Part shown: piece after piece, positions 18,019-28,053 of the stretch | Position numbering within the stretch: the stretch's first letter is position 1 | Layout of the letters: every line of letters begins with the position of its first letter | NCBI GenBank assembly: GCA_965248445.1 | Contig: CBDFJG010000002.1 | Span: forward strand, 384,001 to 448,000 | Direction: 5' to 3' | Source of the DNA: Planctomycetota bacterium | GTDB taxonomy: Bacteria; Planctomycetota; JAJSAM01; JAJVHW01 | Length of the DNA: 64,000 bases | The notes under the pieces: model-generated | What the model saw: only the letters and a program-made list of their open reading frames with translations | Told to the model about the DNA's origin: nothing | Database searches by the model: none | Translations under genes and position numbers: made by a program

Positions 18019-19593
18019 ATGCGAATTGCGACGTTCACGATCTGCGCCCTCGTTGCCATCTCATCGGCGGCGGCGTCACCTGTTTGCGCTCAGGATCTCG
18101 GAGAGTCACCGTCGTTCGAGGAGCGTCGCCAGCGTGCTGTCGCCGCCGGGCTCAGCGTGGTGCGCGCTCGACTGCCGGGCGAGAAGGGGTACCACCGGAC
18201 GACGTATCCCGTCCGGGTGAACCTGGCACTCGACATGTACACGCTGCTCGAGACGGGCACCCCGGCAAGCGATCCGCTGCTGCGGGGGACGATGATCGCG
18301 CTGCGCAAGGCCGACGATCCCGACATCTGGTTCTCGTTACGGAACAACAACCCCCTCATTCGAATGCTCGCAGCCCACACGACTCTCGCTGCCGTCGCGT
18401 ATGACCGCGCGCTGCTGTCGGAGGATCCCCGCGCTGAGAGCAAGCAGTCGTACAAGAACCATCACAAGTGGGTCGAGAGTCTTGTCAGCCGACTCAGCGC
18501 GCTGCTCTCGCCCGACAACGAGCGCCTGGCTGTCCAGGCCGGCACTCACACCGATGGGACGTTCCACCTCGCGCTGGTGGCGCTACTCGAGGCGCGCGAC
18601 CTCGGGCTGCACGTGGAAGACCGCCAGTTGGCCCGATGGCTGTCCGCGTCGCTCGCTTCGCAGGTGCCCGCCGATCGGCGCAACGCAGCCACGGCCACGC
18701 CGCGCGGCTTCTCGTTCCTACCGACCCGTCCACAACACCCAGGCGCGCGCGCAGCGCTGCCATCGAGTTCGATGACCGGAGGCGCACTCGCGGCCATCAC
18801 CCGTCTCATAGACGCGCTGGGCGATTCCGACCTCCTCACGGATGCGCTGGCGCAGCGCAGTCGACACGCTCTCGAGGACGGTTTGCTGTACATCGAGAGA
18901 TCGCTCGCCGATCACACCGATCCGCGGCTGCGCGGCGAGGAACACGAGGCGGTGTTCGCGTACTTCTACTCACTTGCGTGCGCCTGTGACGCCCTGTCGC
19001 TCGACCTGCTCGGCCGCTACGACTGGTACCGCGACGGCGCCGACTACCTCCTCGCGACGCAGGATGCGGACGGGAGCTGGTTCACCCGTGGGCACCGCGG
19101 AAACGGTTCCGCCGACTGCTGGGCCCTGCTGTTCCTCACGCGGTCGCTCCCCCACGCAGGGGATCGCCCCGCGATCACGCGGAGCTCCCGCGGCGTCCGC
19201 GACGTCGAGTTCGCGAGCGTCCGTGAGCGTCCGGCCGCAGAACGACGTGCGTTCGTCCGTTCGCTCGTGCCGCGCCTCCATGACGCCACAACCCGACAAC
19301 GGCCATGGTTCTTCGCGGAGATCGCACGCCTCGGCGTGGCGGCGGCCGACGAGTTGGTCGACATCGTGGACGTCCACGCGGAGCCCGACGTTCGGGCTGC
19401 TGCCTACGAGATCCTGCGCCACGTCATCGAGCCATCGCTGGATCTGGATCCGCGAGCGACTCTCGGCCGCCGCCATGCGCAGATCGCGGCATGGCGCGCC
19501 TGGATCGACGAGCGCCGCGCGCGACTGGCGTACGACCACCGAACCGGACGTCTCGTCGAGGTCGACCGCGAGCAGCGCGTGCGCGACGGCTGA
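18019..19593 (+). CDS. Secreted alpha/alpha-barrel (prenyltransferase/squalene-cyclase-repeat-like) hypothetical protein with HEAT-like C-terminus
   Basis: Signal peptide; YFYSLACAC...GRYDWYRDGADYLLATQDADGSW...WALLFL QW-like motif. Confidence 0.7.
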   Translation: MRIATFTICALVAISSAAASPVCAQDLGESPSFEERRQRAVAAGLSVVRARLPGEKGYHRTTYPVRVNLALDMYTLLETGTPASDPLLRGTMIALRKADDPDIWFSLRNNNPLIRMLAAHTTLAAVAYDRALLSEDPRAESKQSYKNHHKWVESLVSRLSALLSPDNERLAVQAGTHTDGTFHLALVALLEARDLGLHVEDRQLARWLSASLASQVPADRRNAATATPRGFSFLPTRPQHPGARAALPSSSMTGGALAAITRLIDALGDSDLLTDALAQRSRHALEDGLLYIERSLADHTDPRLRGEEHEAVFAYFYSLACACDALSLDLLGRYDWYRDGADYLLATQDADGSWFTRGHRGNGSADCWALLFLTRSLPHAGDRPAITRSSRGVRDVEFASVRERPAAERRAFVRSLVPRLHDATTRQRPWFFAEIARLGVAAADELVDIVDVHAEPDVRAAAYEILRHVIEPSLDLDPRATLGRRHAQIAAWRAWIDERRARLAYDHRTGRLVEVDREQRVRDG

Positions 19594-19630
19594 CGGACGG
19601 CCGCGCAGTGCGATGCCGCGAAGTACGGCG

Positions 19631-19755
19631 CAGTACCGAGAACGGTAGATCTCCGTGAGCGTTCTTCCACTCGCGAAGGACGCACCGGAGGGGCGGAGGG
19701 CTACGCACGGTGGGGGAATTCACCGGTCTCCGTGTTCGCACCGGTCTCGGTATTC
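19631..19755. repeat. 34-bp hairpin repeat family, inverted doublet 2 plus half copy
   Basis: Reverse copy 19631-19660; forward copy 19704-19737 CGCACGGTGGGGGAATTCACCGGTCTCCGTGTTC; half copy CACCGGTCTCGGTATTC 19739-19755; between convergent genes. Confidence 0.85.
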
Positions 19756-19792
19756 GCGTCGAGACGGAGTGTCCCGCTTTCTACGGTAGCGA

Positions 19793-20668
19793 CTACTGCT
19801 CGAGTGCGTCGATCCGTCGCTGCGATGCCTCGGCACTGCCGCCGACATGTTTATCTGAGGATCCGGCAAACTCGTCGACGACGAGCTGGTGCTGCGCGAG
19901 TGCTCTGCGCACGTCCACATTCTCGAGGTTCAGTGCTGACAGATGTGTGAAGCGTGCGCGAAGTTCGTCGCCGGTGTCCGGCGCGTTCGCGATGTCGAGG
20001 AAGCGGTCGGCAGCGAGCTGAAAGTCCTGGCGGAACACGGCCGAGAAGCCGAGCTGCGCCAGCGCTTCTATTCGCTCGCGTTGCGACGCCGCGGCCGCCG
20101 ACACAGACAACCGCAGCGTCGCTTCGGCTCCGTCTGCGTCGCCGAGCTTCCGCTGCGCGATGGCCTTCAGCGTGAGGATGCGGGATCGCTCTGGTCCCTC
20201 CATCTCGCCAGTGAGGAGGACCTCTGCCGCAGCAAGTGCAGATCCGTAGGACCTGATTGCTGCCGACGCGGACATGCGGATCGGGTGGGCCGAACGGCGC
20301 AGCTCCTCGAAGAGAGCTGATCGCGTCATGCCGCGCATGCGCCGCTGTTCTGCGCGTTGAGCGGCCGTCGAGCCGCCGGTGACCACAGTGCCGTGGCGGC
20401 CGCGGACTTCCCGCAGCAGCTCGGCGGCCTCACTGCGGAGATCCGCGACGCGTGTCGCGGCGGACTCGCTGATCGAACGGCGCGCGACGGGCGTTTCGCC
20501 CCGTGCTGCGACCGAGGCCGGGTACGGTGCCGCCACCACCACGGTGCTGTGGCTCGGCGCATCGGTCGGCGCGGCCGCTGCACCGCTTCGACCGACGAAG
20601 AAGCCCGCGAGCAGGGCCAGCGCGGCGACGACCAGCGACGGGATTCCGAGAGAGACGCGATCGCTCAC
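19793..20668 (-). CDS. Membrane-anchored TPR-like protein, paralog of the sigma-factor C-terminal domain
   Basis: N-terminal TM; AAAEVLLTGEMEGPERSRILTLKAIAQRKLGD...AADRFLDIA; GTGA-coupled to the upstream gene. Confidence 0.75.
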   Translation of the reverse strand: MSDRVSLGIPSLVVAALALLAGFFVGRSGAAAAPTDAPSHSTVVVAAPYPASVAARGETPVARRSISESAATRVADLRSEAAELLREVRGRHGTVVTGGSTAAQRAEQRRMRGMTRSALFEELRRSAHPIRMSASAAIRSYGSALAAAEVLLTGEMEGPERSRILTLKAIAQRKLGDADGAEATLRLSVSAAAASQRERIEALAQLGFSAVFRQDFQLAADRFLDIANAPDTGDELRARFTHLSALNLENVDVRRALAQHQLVVDEFAGSSDKHVGGSAEASQRRIDALEQ

Positions 20669-21555
20669 TCGTCCGACTCCGGCACGGCGCTCTCGCGAAG
20701 CGCTGTGCGCGACAGCTCGACGAAGCGCTGGACGCCCGCGTCGTCGGAGGCGCCGTGGAGCTCGAGCACGCGCTCGTGCTGTTCACGCGCGGCGCTCGAC
20801 TCTCCGATGCGCTCCAGCGAGTACGCAGCTCGCGTGCGGTACTGTGCGCGCAGGATTGGGTGGGTCTCCGGGTGGTCGGCCACCGCGAGATACCACTCGG
20901 CCGCGCTTCTGTGGTCACCGTTGCGTGCGGCAGAGTGTCCGAGCTGAGCCTTCACCATCCCCTGAAGTCGCACGGACGTTCCGGCCGCCCGCAGCGCTTC
21001 CTGTAGCGTCGCATCCGCCTGGTCGCGCTCCGCGAGTGTCCAGTAGAGCGCGCGGGCGCGCCCGACGAGCGTGCCGACGCGTTCGTCTCGTCCAAGGTCG
21101 CGCGCGAGCAGGACGTCCGCCGCGCGGAGCAGCCGGTGCGCGTCCACGACCGCCCCGGGGTGGACTTGTTTGTTGCGCAGGGCAAGCGCCAGGCGCTTCT
21201 GGAACTCGCCGGACAGTTCGAGGTTCGGCAGCGACATCAGGTGAGCGACGTCGTCAGCGATGGGTGCATCTGCGGAGGACTCCACGTACGCGCGAACCGC
21301 GGCAAGGTCTTCCCTGAGTCGCTGCACGTCGGGGCCATCCGCGCGGGCTCGGTCGTCGGGAGCGTGTCGCGCACCGGAGCTGCTCGCGGCCGCCGCGGTA
21401 CGCTCAGTTCGGTCGGCTTCGAGACGGGCGACGCGCTCGATGATCCGTGAGTACTCGGCAGTCGCGGCTTGATCGCCGGCGTCTGCGGAGAACGTCCCAA
21501 GCGCCAGTCCGGCGGCCAGGGCGACAACCATGAGGAGCGCTCCGCGCGCGTTCAC
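20665..21555 (-). CDS. Membrane-anchored TPR-like protein, paralog of the sigma-factor C-terminal domain
   Basis: N-terminal TM; LRAADVLLARDLGRDERVGTLVGRARAL...AAEWYLAVA; GTGA-coupled to the sigma gene. Confidence 0.75.
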   Translation of the reverse strand: MNARGALLMVVALAAGLALGTFSADAGDQAATAEYSRIIERVARLEADRTERTAAAASSSGARHAPDDRARADGPDVQRLREDLAAVRAYVESSADAPIADDVAHLMSLPNLELSGEFQKRLALALRNKQVHPGAVVDAHRLLRAADVLLARDLGRDERVGTLVGRARALYWTLAERDQADATLQEALRAAGTSVRLQGMVKAQLGHSAARNGDHRSAAEWYLAVADHPETHPILRAQYRTRAAYSLERIGESSAAREQHERVLELHGASDDAGVQRFVELSRTALRESAVPESDE

Positions 21556-23048
21556 TTCTCCCTCGCGGCTTCGAGTTTCTTCGCCGCATCACGGGCGAAG
21601 TCGGCCCACTTGCGCGTGCCGGCGTCCTCCGACTCACCGAACTCCCCGATGACGATCCGATACTCCGCGAGCGCCCGCTCGATGTCGTTCACGGAGGCGA
21701 AGTCCGATGCGGCCATGTAGCGGTAGTACGCGCGCGTGTCGTCCGGGGCCGATGCCTGTTCCGCGATCCCGAGGAACCACCGAGCCGCCGCGAGGCCGTC
21801 ACCGTGTTCGCGGGCGATGTACCCGAGCGCGTGAGCCGCCTTCCGACCGTCGTTGGTGTCCGTGCCGACCACCGCGATGGCTTCGTTCAGCGCGGCTTCG
21901 GCAGCGGGGCGATCACCGAGCAGCGCGTGAGCGCGTCCGCGGTAGGTAAGCGCAACGGCTTGCTGTTCGGTCGTTACCTCACGGTCGAGGACGACATCGC
22001 ATGCCTGCAGAACGTTGTCGGCATCGGCGACCTGCTTCGTGTCGCGTGCCAGTCGCAGGAGTCGATCGATCTCGGCGATCAGCGCGACGGTGGACAGACC
22101 CTCGAAGCGCGCTGATTCCTTCACGGCAGTCGAGTCCGCGAGCGCGCGGATCGCCGCGAGCTCGACTTGGAGCTGGTCAATCTCGCTGTCGAGCCCGCTG
22201 CCGATGTCGACCGCGCTCTCGGACTCCGCTCCCCGGCGTCTGCTGTTCGCGCGCCTCGTCGTTTCGTCCGCGGCGGCTTCTGTCGGTCCCTGAGACTCGA
22301 GTCCCTCCAAGCGTGCGGACAGCGTCGCGAGATCTCCGGCGGACGGCGATTCGCTCTCGGACGCCGAGAGTCGTCCACCCGCGAGTCCGACCAGGAACGT
22401 GAGAGCCACCAGCGCGACCGTCGTCATCTTCGTGCCCATTGCTGCCGCTCCCACTGTCCCCGTGCCCGCTGCCGTCGCGGCACTCGTACCCATGGCTCTC
22501 TCGGGAGCCATTCCCGCCAGCGGAAGCAGCGCTCCGAGCCAACTCGCGCGACCGCCCTCGCGGTCCAGTCGCCGCCGCAGGATGGCCGCGGCGCGGCGGA
22601 GACGACTCCGCACGGTCTCCACCGGGACGTTCAAGCGCGTCGCCACATCTCGTGGCGGAAGATCTTCGAAGTACCGCAGAAGAACGGTGGAACGGTACGG
22701 CTCGTCGAGCGCGAGCACCGACACCACGAGCCTCCGGTGGATCTCCGCTTCCTCGACGACCTCCGCCGCGGATCGCGTTGCTTCCTGGCGAGCGCTGGAT
22801 CGCTCATGGACGACCCGGCGCTTGTTCCCTCGCGCAAGATTGAAGGCCTCGCGCCGGACTACGCGGAAGAGCCACGCACGTGCTGCGCGTTCGTGCGATG
22901 GCCGGGTACGCAGCGCGGAGAGCCACGTGCGCTGCTCGAGGTCGTCCGCCGTCGCGTGGTCATGCACAAGCGTGAGTGCCAACTGCCGCACCCACCTGCG
23001 GTGGGCGAGCAGCGTCTCGAACGGCACAGGCGTGTGAGCGGAACTCAT
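21552..23048 (-). CDS. ECF sigma-70 factor with TM segment and C-terminal TPR-like extension
   Basis: Region 2 ADDLEQRTWLSAL..RAWLFRVVR; region 4 LDEPYRSTVLLRYFEDLPPRDVATRLNVPVETVRSRLRRA; TM VALVALTFLVGLAGG. Confidence 0.9.
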   Translation of the reverse strand: MSSAHTPVPFETLLAHRRWVRQLALTLVHDHATADDLEQRTWLSALRTRPSHERAARAWLFRVVRREAFNLARGNKRRVVHERSSARQEATRSAAEVVEEAEIHRRLVVSVLALDEPYRSTVLLRYFEDLPPRDVATRLNVPVETVRSRLRRAAAILRRRLDREGGRASWLGALLPLAGMAPERAMGTSAATAAGTGTVGAAAMGTKMTTVALVALTFLVGLAGGRLSASESESPSAGDLATLSARLEGLESQGPTEAAADETTRRANSRRRGAESESAVDIGSGLDSEIDQLQVELAAIRALADSTAVKESARFEGLSTVALIAEIDRLLRLARDTKQVADADNVLQACDVVLDREVTTEQQAVALTYRGRAHALLGDRPAAEAALNEAIAVVGTDTNDGRKAAHALGYIAREHGDGLAAARWFLGIAEQASAPDDTRAYYRYMAASDFASVNDIERALAEYRIVIGEFGESEDAGTRKWADFARDAAKKLEAAREK

Positions 23049-23135
23049 CTCTTCAATGATAGAGACACCGGCCGCCGAAGATTCGGTCCCAGATGGTCGA
23101 CGGAATCCACTTCTCGTAGCAGCCGCGGTCCGTGC

Positions 23136-23169
23136 GAAGACCGAGAACGGTGGAATCTCTCACCGTGAG
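23136..23169 (-). repeat. 34-bp hairpin repeat family, single reverse copy
   Basis: Reverse complement CTCACGGTGAGAGATTCCACCGTTCTCGGTCTTC; degenerate pieces nearby (23102-23116). Confidence 0.85.
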
Positions 23170-23241
23170 CCGGCCGGTATTCCGAGCGTCATTGGTCGCG
23201 ACCGCTCTGTAGGGACCTCCCGTCCTCTAGGATGTCCGTGC

Positions 23242-24447
23242 ATGAAGCTCCGGTCCTTCGCCGTCGTCCTCGGCGTCCTTCTTGTCGTGTTGTGCGTACC
23301 GCAGGGCGCCGCTCAGGATGAGGCGGAGGGTTCCGGTGCGGCAGAGACGCCCGAGGAAAGCAAGCCACCCGCCGACGCTGCGAAACGGAAACCGGCGCCC
23401 TCGCGATCCGCGGGCGGGTACGTCTTCCACCTTGTCGTGAGCGCTGACGGCTCCCGGGTCGCGGCCTCGACAGCTGACCGTGTGCGCGTCTGGGACGTTG
23501 ACGACAAGGCTCCTCTTGTGGACCGACGCGATCGCGCCTCGCACATGGTGTTCCAGGACATCGGCCTGTCGAAGGACGGTCGGTGGCTGGTCACTCTCGA
23601 ACTGGGCGCAGATCGGGAGACGATGGCTGTGGAGGAGAGGGCGAAGGTGTGGTCCGTCACGAGCTCGAGCGTGCCCGCGGCGACATACGGGGCAGAGCGG
23701 TCGCGAGTAGATGGCGAGTCGTTCCGCTGGCCGATCCTCTTGGCGACGTTCGATGCGCCTAGTCCCGGGCTCTTGATCTGGCGGCACCTCGTCGGACCGG
23801 CGGTCGTGACACCAGAGACCGAGGAACGCGGCAGCCCCTGGACGACCGAGCCCCCGGTCCCCTGGAAGAGGCCAGACGCTCCTCGGCGGATGCTGAAAAC
23901 AGACGCGCCGTGGCCGAAGTACACCAAGACCGTGTCCTTCTCACCGGACGGGACGTCGGTGGCCGTCTCCGAGATCAGCGGAGTGCAGGTCTACTCCTGG
24001 CCGGAGAAGGAACTCCTGTTCACGGCGACGGGAGACGCAACTTCGTACGACGCCGAGTTCGGAGGCGGTGGATCGGTGATCCTGGCGACCGCCTGGGAGT
24101 ATGGGGACGACGGGCAGCAGGTGGTGATCGCATTCGACCAGAAGGGCCGACGACTGTGGCAGCGCCGTGGCGTAGAGCTGCTGGCGCTCTCGCGCGCCGG
24201 ACGTATCGTCACCCTCGGTGATCTTGACCCGCGCGGCCCGCCGTGCGACGCCGTGCTCCGAAGGAGGACGGGTGGCGTCGAGTTGATCGACGCCCAGACG
24301 GGCAAGGTCCGGGCCCGGTGCCCGGGGGGCGGAAGGGGCTCGGTCACCGCCGCCGTGTTCTCTCCTGACGGCCAGTTCCTCTGGCTGGCCCACCGCAAGG
24401 CGGGCGACGTCCGACAGTACGAGCTCCCGGCGCATGACCGGAAGTGA
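23242..24447 (+). CDS. Secreted WD40-like beta-propeller protein
   Basis: Signal peptide MKLRSFAVVLGVLLVV; VSADGSRVAA, LSKDGRWLVT, SFSPDGTSVAV, VFSPDGQFL. Confidence 0.8.
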   Translation: MKLRSFAVVLGVLLVVLCVPQGAAQDEAEGSGAAETPEESKPPADAAKRKPAPSRSAGGYVFHLVVSADGSRVAASTADRVRVWDVDDKAPLVDRRDRASHMVFQDIGLSKDGRWLVTLELGADRETMAVEERAKVWSVTSSSVPAATYGAERSRVDGESFRWPILLATFDAPSPGLLIWRHLVGPAVVTPETEERGSPWTTEPPVPWKRPDAPRRMLKTDAPWPKYTKTVSFSPDGTSVAVSEISGVQVYSWPEKELLFTATGDATSYDAEFGGGGSVILATAWEYGDDGQQVVIAFDQKGRRLWQRRGVELLALSRAGRIVTLGDLDPRGPPCDAVLRRRTGGVELIDAQTGKVRARCPGGGRGSVTAAVFSPDGQFLWLAHRKAGDVRQYELPAHDRK

Positions 24448-24548
24448 CCGAGTCGGGCCGAGCCAGGACAGAATCAGGAGCGTTCGCGCGTCTCCGCGCT
24501 ACGGATCCCGAAAGAACGAGTGCGGCACCGTCTCTCGGGTAGCCCGCC

Positions 24549-27500
24549 TCACTTGTCGGACGGGGGGGCAGCGAGCGTGACGTCGTCGGTGCCGCCGCGG
24601 ATGCTGCCGACGTCGATGCGCGTCGGATGGCCGTCGACGGTCAGCAGGGCGATCACGCGGTAATCGCGGTCGGCCAGGCCGTCGACGCGGAAGCTGCCGT
24701 CGGCGCTCGTGCGCGCCTCGCGGCGGAGGTGATCGGCGCCTTCGACCACGAAGTCTAGCCAACGATCGGGAATGGGGGCTCCGGCGGCGTCCGTGAGCGT
24801 CCCGCCGGCCGCGAGAGCGGGGCCGAGCCGCACGGTCGCCGGCGTGGACGGGTCGTGATCCGTCAGCCGTTCGGCCACGTGATCGGTTGCCGTGACGGTC
24901 AGGGTGACCGCGTCACGCGCGAGACCTGGGATGCGGAAGCGGCCGTCCTCGTCGGTAGTCACCGTCCGGCGAACGCGGCGTGGTGAAGTGAGTGTCACGG
25001 CGGCGCCAGCGATGCCGTGTCCGTTGGTGTCGGTGACGCTGCCGACGAGTTCCAGGCCTTCGCGCGCGATCAGTCGAACACCGGTCGCACCTGTTGCGAC
25101 GTCCTCGCCTCCGGTCACCTCGGCCGGAGCGCCGGGTGTGGAGGTGGGCAGTACCCGGATCCGGTAGCGCCCCGGCGGCAGCCCCGAGATCTCGAAGGTG
25201 CCGTCCGTTTCGCTTCGTGCGGTTCGGCCACCGGCCTCGAAGACCAGCCCGCCGACGGGGCGTGCGCCCTCGTCCACGACGACGCCGCCGATGGACTCGC
25301 CGTGGGTCAGCACGAGTTCCACGTCGCCGGCTCCCGCGTTCACTCCGACCGCGCGCGCGGGGAATGCGCCCGCGGCCTCTCTCGCGTACGGCGAGCTGCG
25401 GTTGGGTACCGCCACGAGGTCGTGCGGACCCGCCGCAAGGCCGGTCAGCACGAAGCGCCCGTCGCCGCTCGTCTGGGCGCGCGCCGCGAGCTCGCCCCTG
25501 GGTGCACCGGTCGGCGTGGCCTGCACGTCGACGTCGGCGACGCCGCCTCCACGGAATACGACGCGCCCCGCGATGCGCAGCCCGGGGTGGAGCGTCACGA
25601 CCAGATCGTCGCGCCCGGCCGCTACGTCACGCACTGTCGCGGACCGGACGTGGGGACCGTCGGCGGACGCCGGCGCGAAGTGCAGATCCACCGTCCCCGG
25701 GTGCAGGTCGCGCAGCACGAATGCGCCGTCGTGATCGGTCACGGTCGAGAGTCCGTGCAGACCGTGGCGGCTCACGCGCACACCGGCGAGGGGCGTGCCG
25801 TCCTCGGAGACGACGCGGCCACGGATCTCGGCGACGCGCACCAGACGCGCGGTCACCGGCTCGGGGGCTGCGGAGTCGACCGTGCTGCTCCACGTCAGGT
25901 AGCCGGCCGCGCGCACGTGCACCGCGACGCGCGGTGCGGATCCGTCTCCGCGGGCGGTGAACGTGCCGTCCTGCCGCGTCACTGCGGACACCAGGTCGAT
26001 CCGCGACGCCAGCGAGACGAGCGCGCCGGCGACCGCGCTTCCCGTCGCGCCGTCGACGACACGGCCGGTGACTTCCACGCCGTCACGCAGGACCATGTCG
26101 ATCTCGTAGAGATCTCGGCCGCGTGAGATGGGGATGTTGTCACTGCGCGTCGTCGGCAGGCCCGGTGTCTCGAGGTGGACGACGAAGCTGCCCGATGTAG
26201 TCCACTGCAGCTTTGCCTCGAACGTCCCGTCGGTGCCGACGGCCACGGGAGTCGAGACGCGCAGGTCCTCGGCTCCGGACGGACCGGCCACCACGCCGCC
26301 GGTGTGTGCGACGACGCGCGCGCGCACTTCGCGCGGCAGAGCGTCACCCGACTCGCTCCGCACGCTGCCGCGTACGCGCGCGAAGGGGAGCAGCGTGACG
26401 AGGACCTCGTCACTGTCGCCTTCCGCGGGCGCTGCGGCGCGGACGGTCGTGCGCACGTGACCCGGGGCCCAGACATACCACTCCTCGCTGGTCCCCGGGG
26501 CGACGCCCGCGAGCCGGAAGCGGCCCTCTGCGTCGGTCACCGCCGTGCCGAAGCGCGCTCCCGCGAGCGGTGTCTCGTCGGCGCCGACGATCCTCCCGAC
26601 GATCGCCGCCCCCGCCAAGACCGTGAGGTCGTGTGTCACAACAGCGCCGGGGCCGAGGTCCACGCTTGCGCCCGACCAGTCGCCGCGCGACGCGCCCAGC
26701 ATGAATGCCGGGTCGTAGAGATCGAGCCCGCGTGGGAGCGCGTACACCTTCCAGCTGCCCGACGTGAGTTCGGCGAACGCGAAGCTCCCGTCCTCCGCCG
26801 TGGTTGTGCGGCGGCGGCCCTGCGTGCCGGCGAGCCGCACCGAGACGCCGGCGATCACGCCGGCGGGACCGCGGACCACGCCCTCGATGCGAGCGGACGC
26901 GTCCGCAGCGCCCTCAGCCGCGTCGCGCAGCATGGCGATGTCGCGTCGCGTCGTCTGGCCCGCGGTCACGCTGATCTGTAGCCCGCGCGGTCCAGGCGGG
27001 CGGGGCGGAGACTTGTAGCCCGGGCGCGTCGCGGTGAGCTGGTTGAGGACACCCTCCGGCAGCGTGTCGATGCGGTACCTGCCGTCGGCGCCCGAGACGG
27101 CTTCGCCGCCGCCCTGCATGCCCCACCAGATCCCGGTGACGACGCGCACGCCCGAGAGCGGCGTGCCCGTCTCGGCGTCGGTCACCACGCCCTCGAGCAC
27201 CGCGGGCTCCGCGAGCACGATGTCGAGCGGGCCGTCCAGGGGCAGGATCACGTCTGCTCTGCGCAGCGGTTTCATCCCCGCGCGCCCGGCCCGGACCTCG
27301 TGACGGCCCCACGGCAGGTCGAGCAGCTCGTAGCCCCCGGCACCGTCGGTGACCGCGCGCCACGGGAAGCCGCGGCCGATCTGCACGACGGCGCGGGCGA
27401 TCCCGGTCCCGTCCGGTGACAGCACGCGTCCGCCGAGAGTGCATGCGGACGCGAGGAGCACATCGACGGTGAGCGAGACCCCGCGTCCCGGAGTGGTCAG

Positions 27501-27944
27501 CATCCGCACAGCGCGCGCATGGCGAGCGGCCGTCACGACGAGAGTGACCTCGGCGAACGGGGGGAGAGCGGCGACGTCGGCGACGCCGTCGGCACCCGTC
27601 GCGGCGCGGCCTTCGCGGTGCGGTGTGGCGGTGGCGATGTCCACATCGGAGTGGGGGACTCCCGTCCAGACGCTCACGTCGGCCGCGGCCACGGCGGCGC
27701 CGCTCGGGCCGCGGACGCGCACACGCAACGTGGCGCGTTCGTTCGCTTCGGCGGCCGGGGCGGGAGGCTCCGGTGCGGGCTCCCGGACGCGCCGGTCCGC
27801 CCCGTCATCGTGGGGCTCGACGGCCGGCCGGGGGGCAGGTGGCGCCGCGGTGCCGCCACCGCGCGTGGTCAGCCACACCAGGACGCCCAGGCCGATGACC
27901 AGCAGCAAGAGCACGCCCACCGCGGCGATCCTGCGGCCTCTCAT
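24549..27944 (-). CDS. Large membrane-anchored protein with many carboxypeptidase-regulatory-like domains
   Basis: N-terminal TM; about ten repeats of G.V.D..G.P..GA.V...T..DG.F.L.GL.PG; start 27944 or 27962. Confidence 0.85.
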   Translation of the reverse strand: MRGRRIAAVGVLLLLVIGLGVLVWLTTRGGGTAAPPAPRPAVEPHDDGADRRVREPAPEPPAPAAEANERATLRVRVRGPSGAAVAAADVSVWTGVPHSDVDIATATPHREGRAATGADGVADVAALPPFAEVTLVVTAARHARAVRMLTTPGRGVSLTVDVLLASACTLGGRVLSPDGTGIARAVVQIGRGFPWRAVTDGAGGYELLDLPWGRHEVRAGRAGMKPLRRADVILPLDGPLDIVLAEPAVLEGVVTDAETGTPLSGVRVVTGIWWGMQGGGEAVSGADGRYRIDTLPEGVLNQLTATRPGYKSPPRPPGPRGLQISVTAGQTTRRDIAMLRDAAEGAADASARIEGVVRGPAGVIAGVSVRLAGTQGRRRTTTAEDGSFAFAELTSGSWKVYALPRGLDLYDPAFMLGASRGDWSGASVDLGPGAVVTHDLTVLAGAAIVGRIVGADETPLAGARFGTAVTDAEGRFRLAGVAPGTSEEWYVWAPGHVRTTVRAAAPAEGDSDEVLVTLLPFARVRGSVRSESGDALPREVRARVVAHTGGVVAGPSGAEDLRVSTPVAVGTDGTFEAKLQWTTSGSFVVHLETPGLPTTRSDNIPISRGRDLYEIDMVLRDGVEVTGRVVDGATGSAVAGALVSLASRIDLVSAVTRQDGTFTARGDGSAPRVAVHVRAAGYLTWSSTVDSAAPEPVTARLVRVAEIRGRVVSEDGTPLAGVRVSRHGLHGLSTVTDHDGAFVLRDLHPGTVDLHFAPASADGPHVRSATVRDVAAGRDDLVVTLHPGLRIAGRVVFRGGGVADVDVQATPTGAPRGELAARAQTSGDGRFVLTGLAAGPHDLVAVPNRSSPYAREAAGAFPARAVGVNAGAGDVELVLTHGESIGGVVVDEGARPVGGLVFEAGGRTARSETDGTFEISGLPPGRYRIRVLPTSTPGAPAEVTGGEDVATGATGVRLIAREGLELVGSVTDTNGHGIAGAAVTLTSPRRVRRTVTTDEDGRFRIPGLARDAVTLTVTATDHVAERLTDHDPSTPATVRLGPALAAGGTLTDAAGAPIPDRWLDFVVEGADHLRREARTSADGSFRVDGLADRDYRVIALLTVDGHPTRIDVGSIRGGTDDVTLAAPPSDK

Positions 27945-28053
27945 TCCCGGTCCCTCCGACACGTCCCCTCGGGAGCGACCTGCTCAGACCGTCGCGCCCT
28001 TCACTCCATACAACGGACGAGGCCGGCGAGGGATCACTCGAGCGCCTGCCGAT

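Noticed and set aside
19631..19755. 34-bp repeat as a promoter of the local ECF sigma (GGAAT resembles an ECF -35)
   Set aside because: A full doublet lies between convergent gene ends and no conserved -10 follows; disfavoured, not fully excluded.
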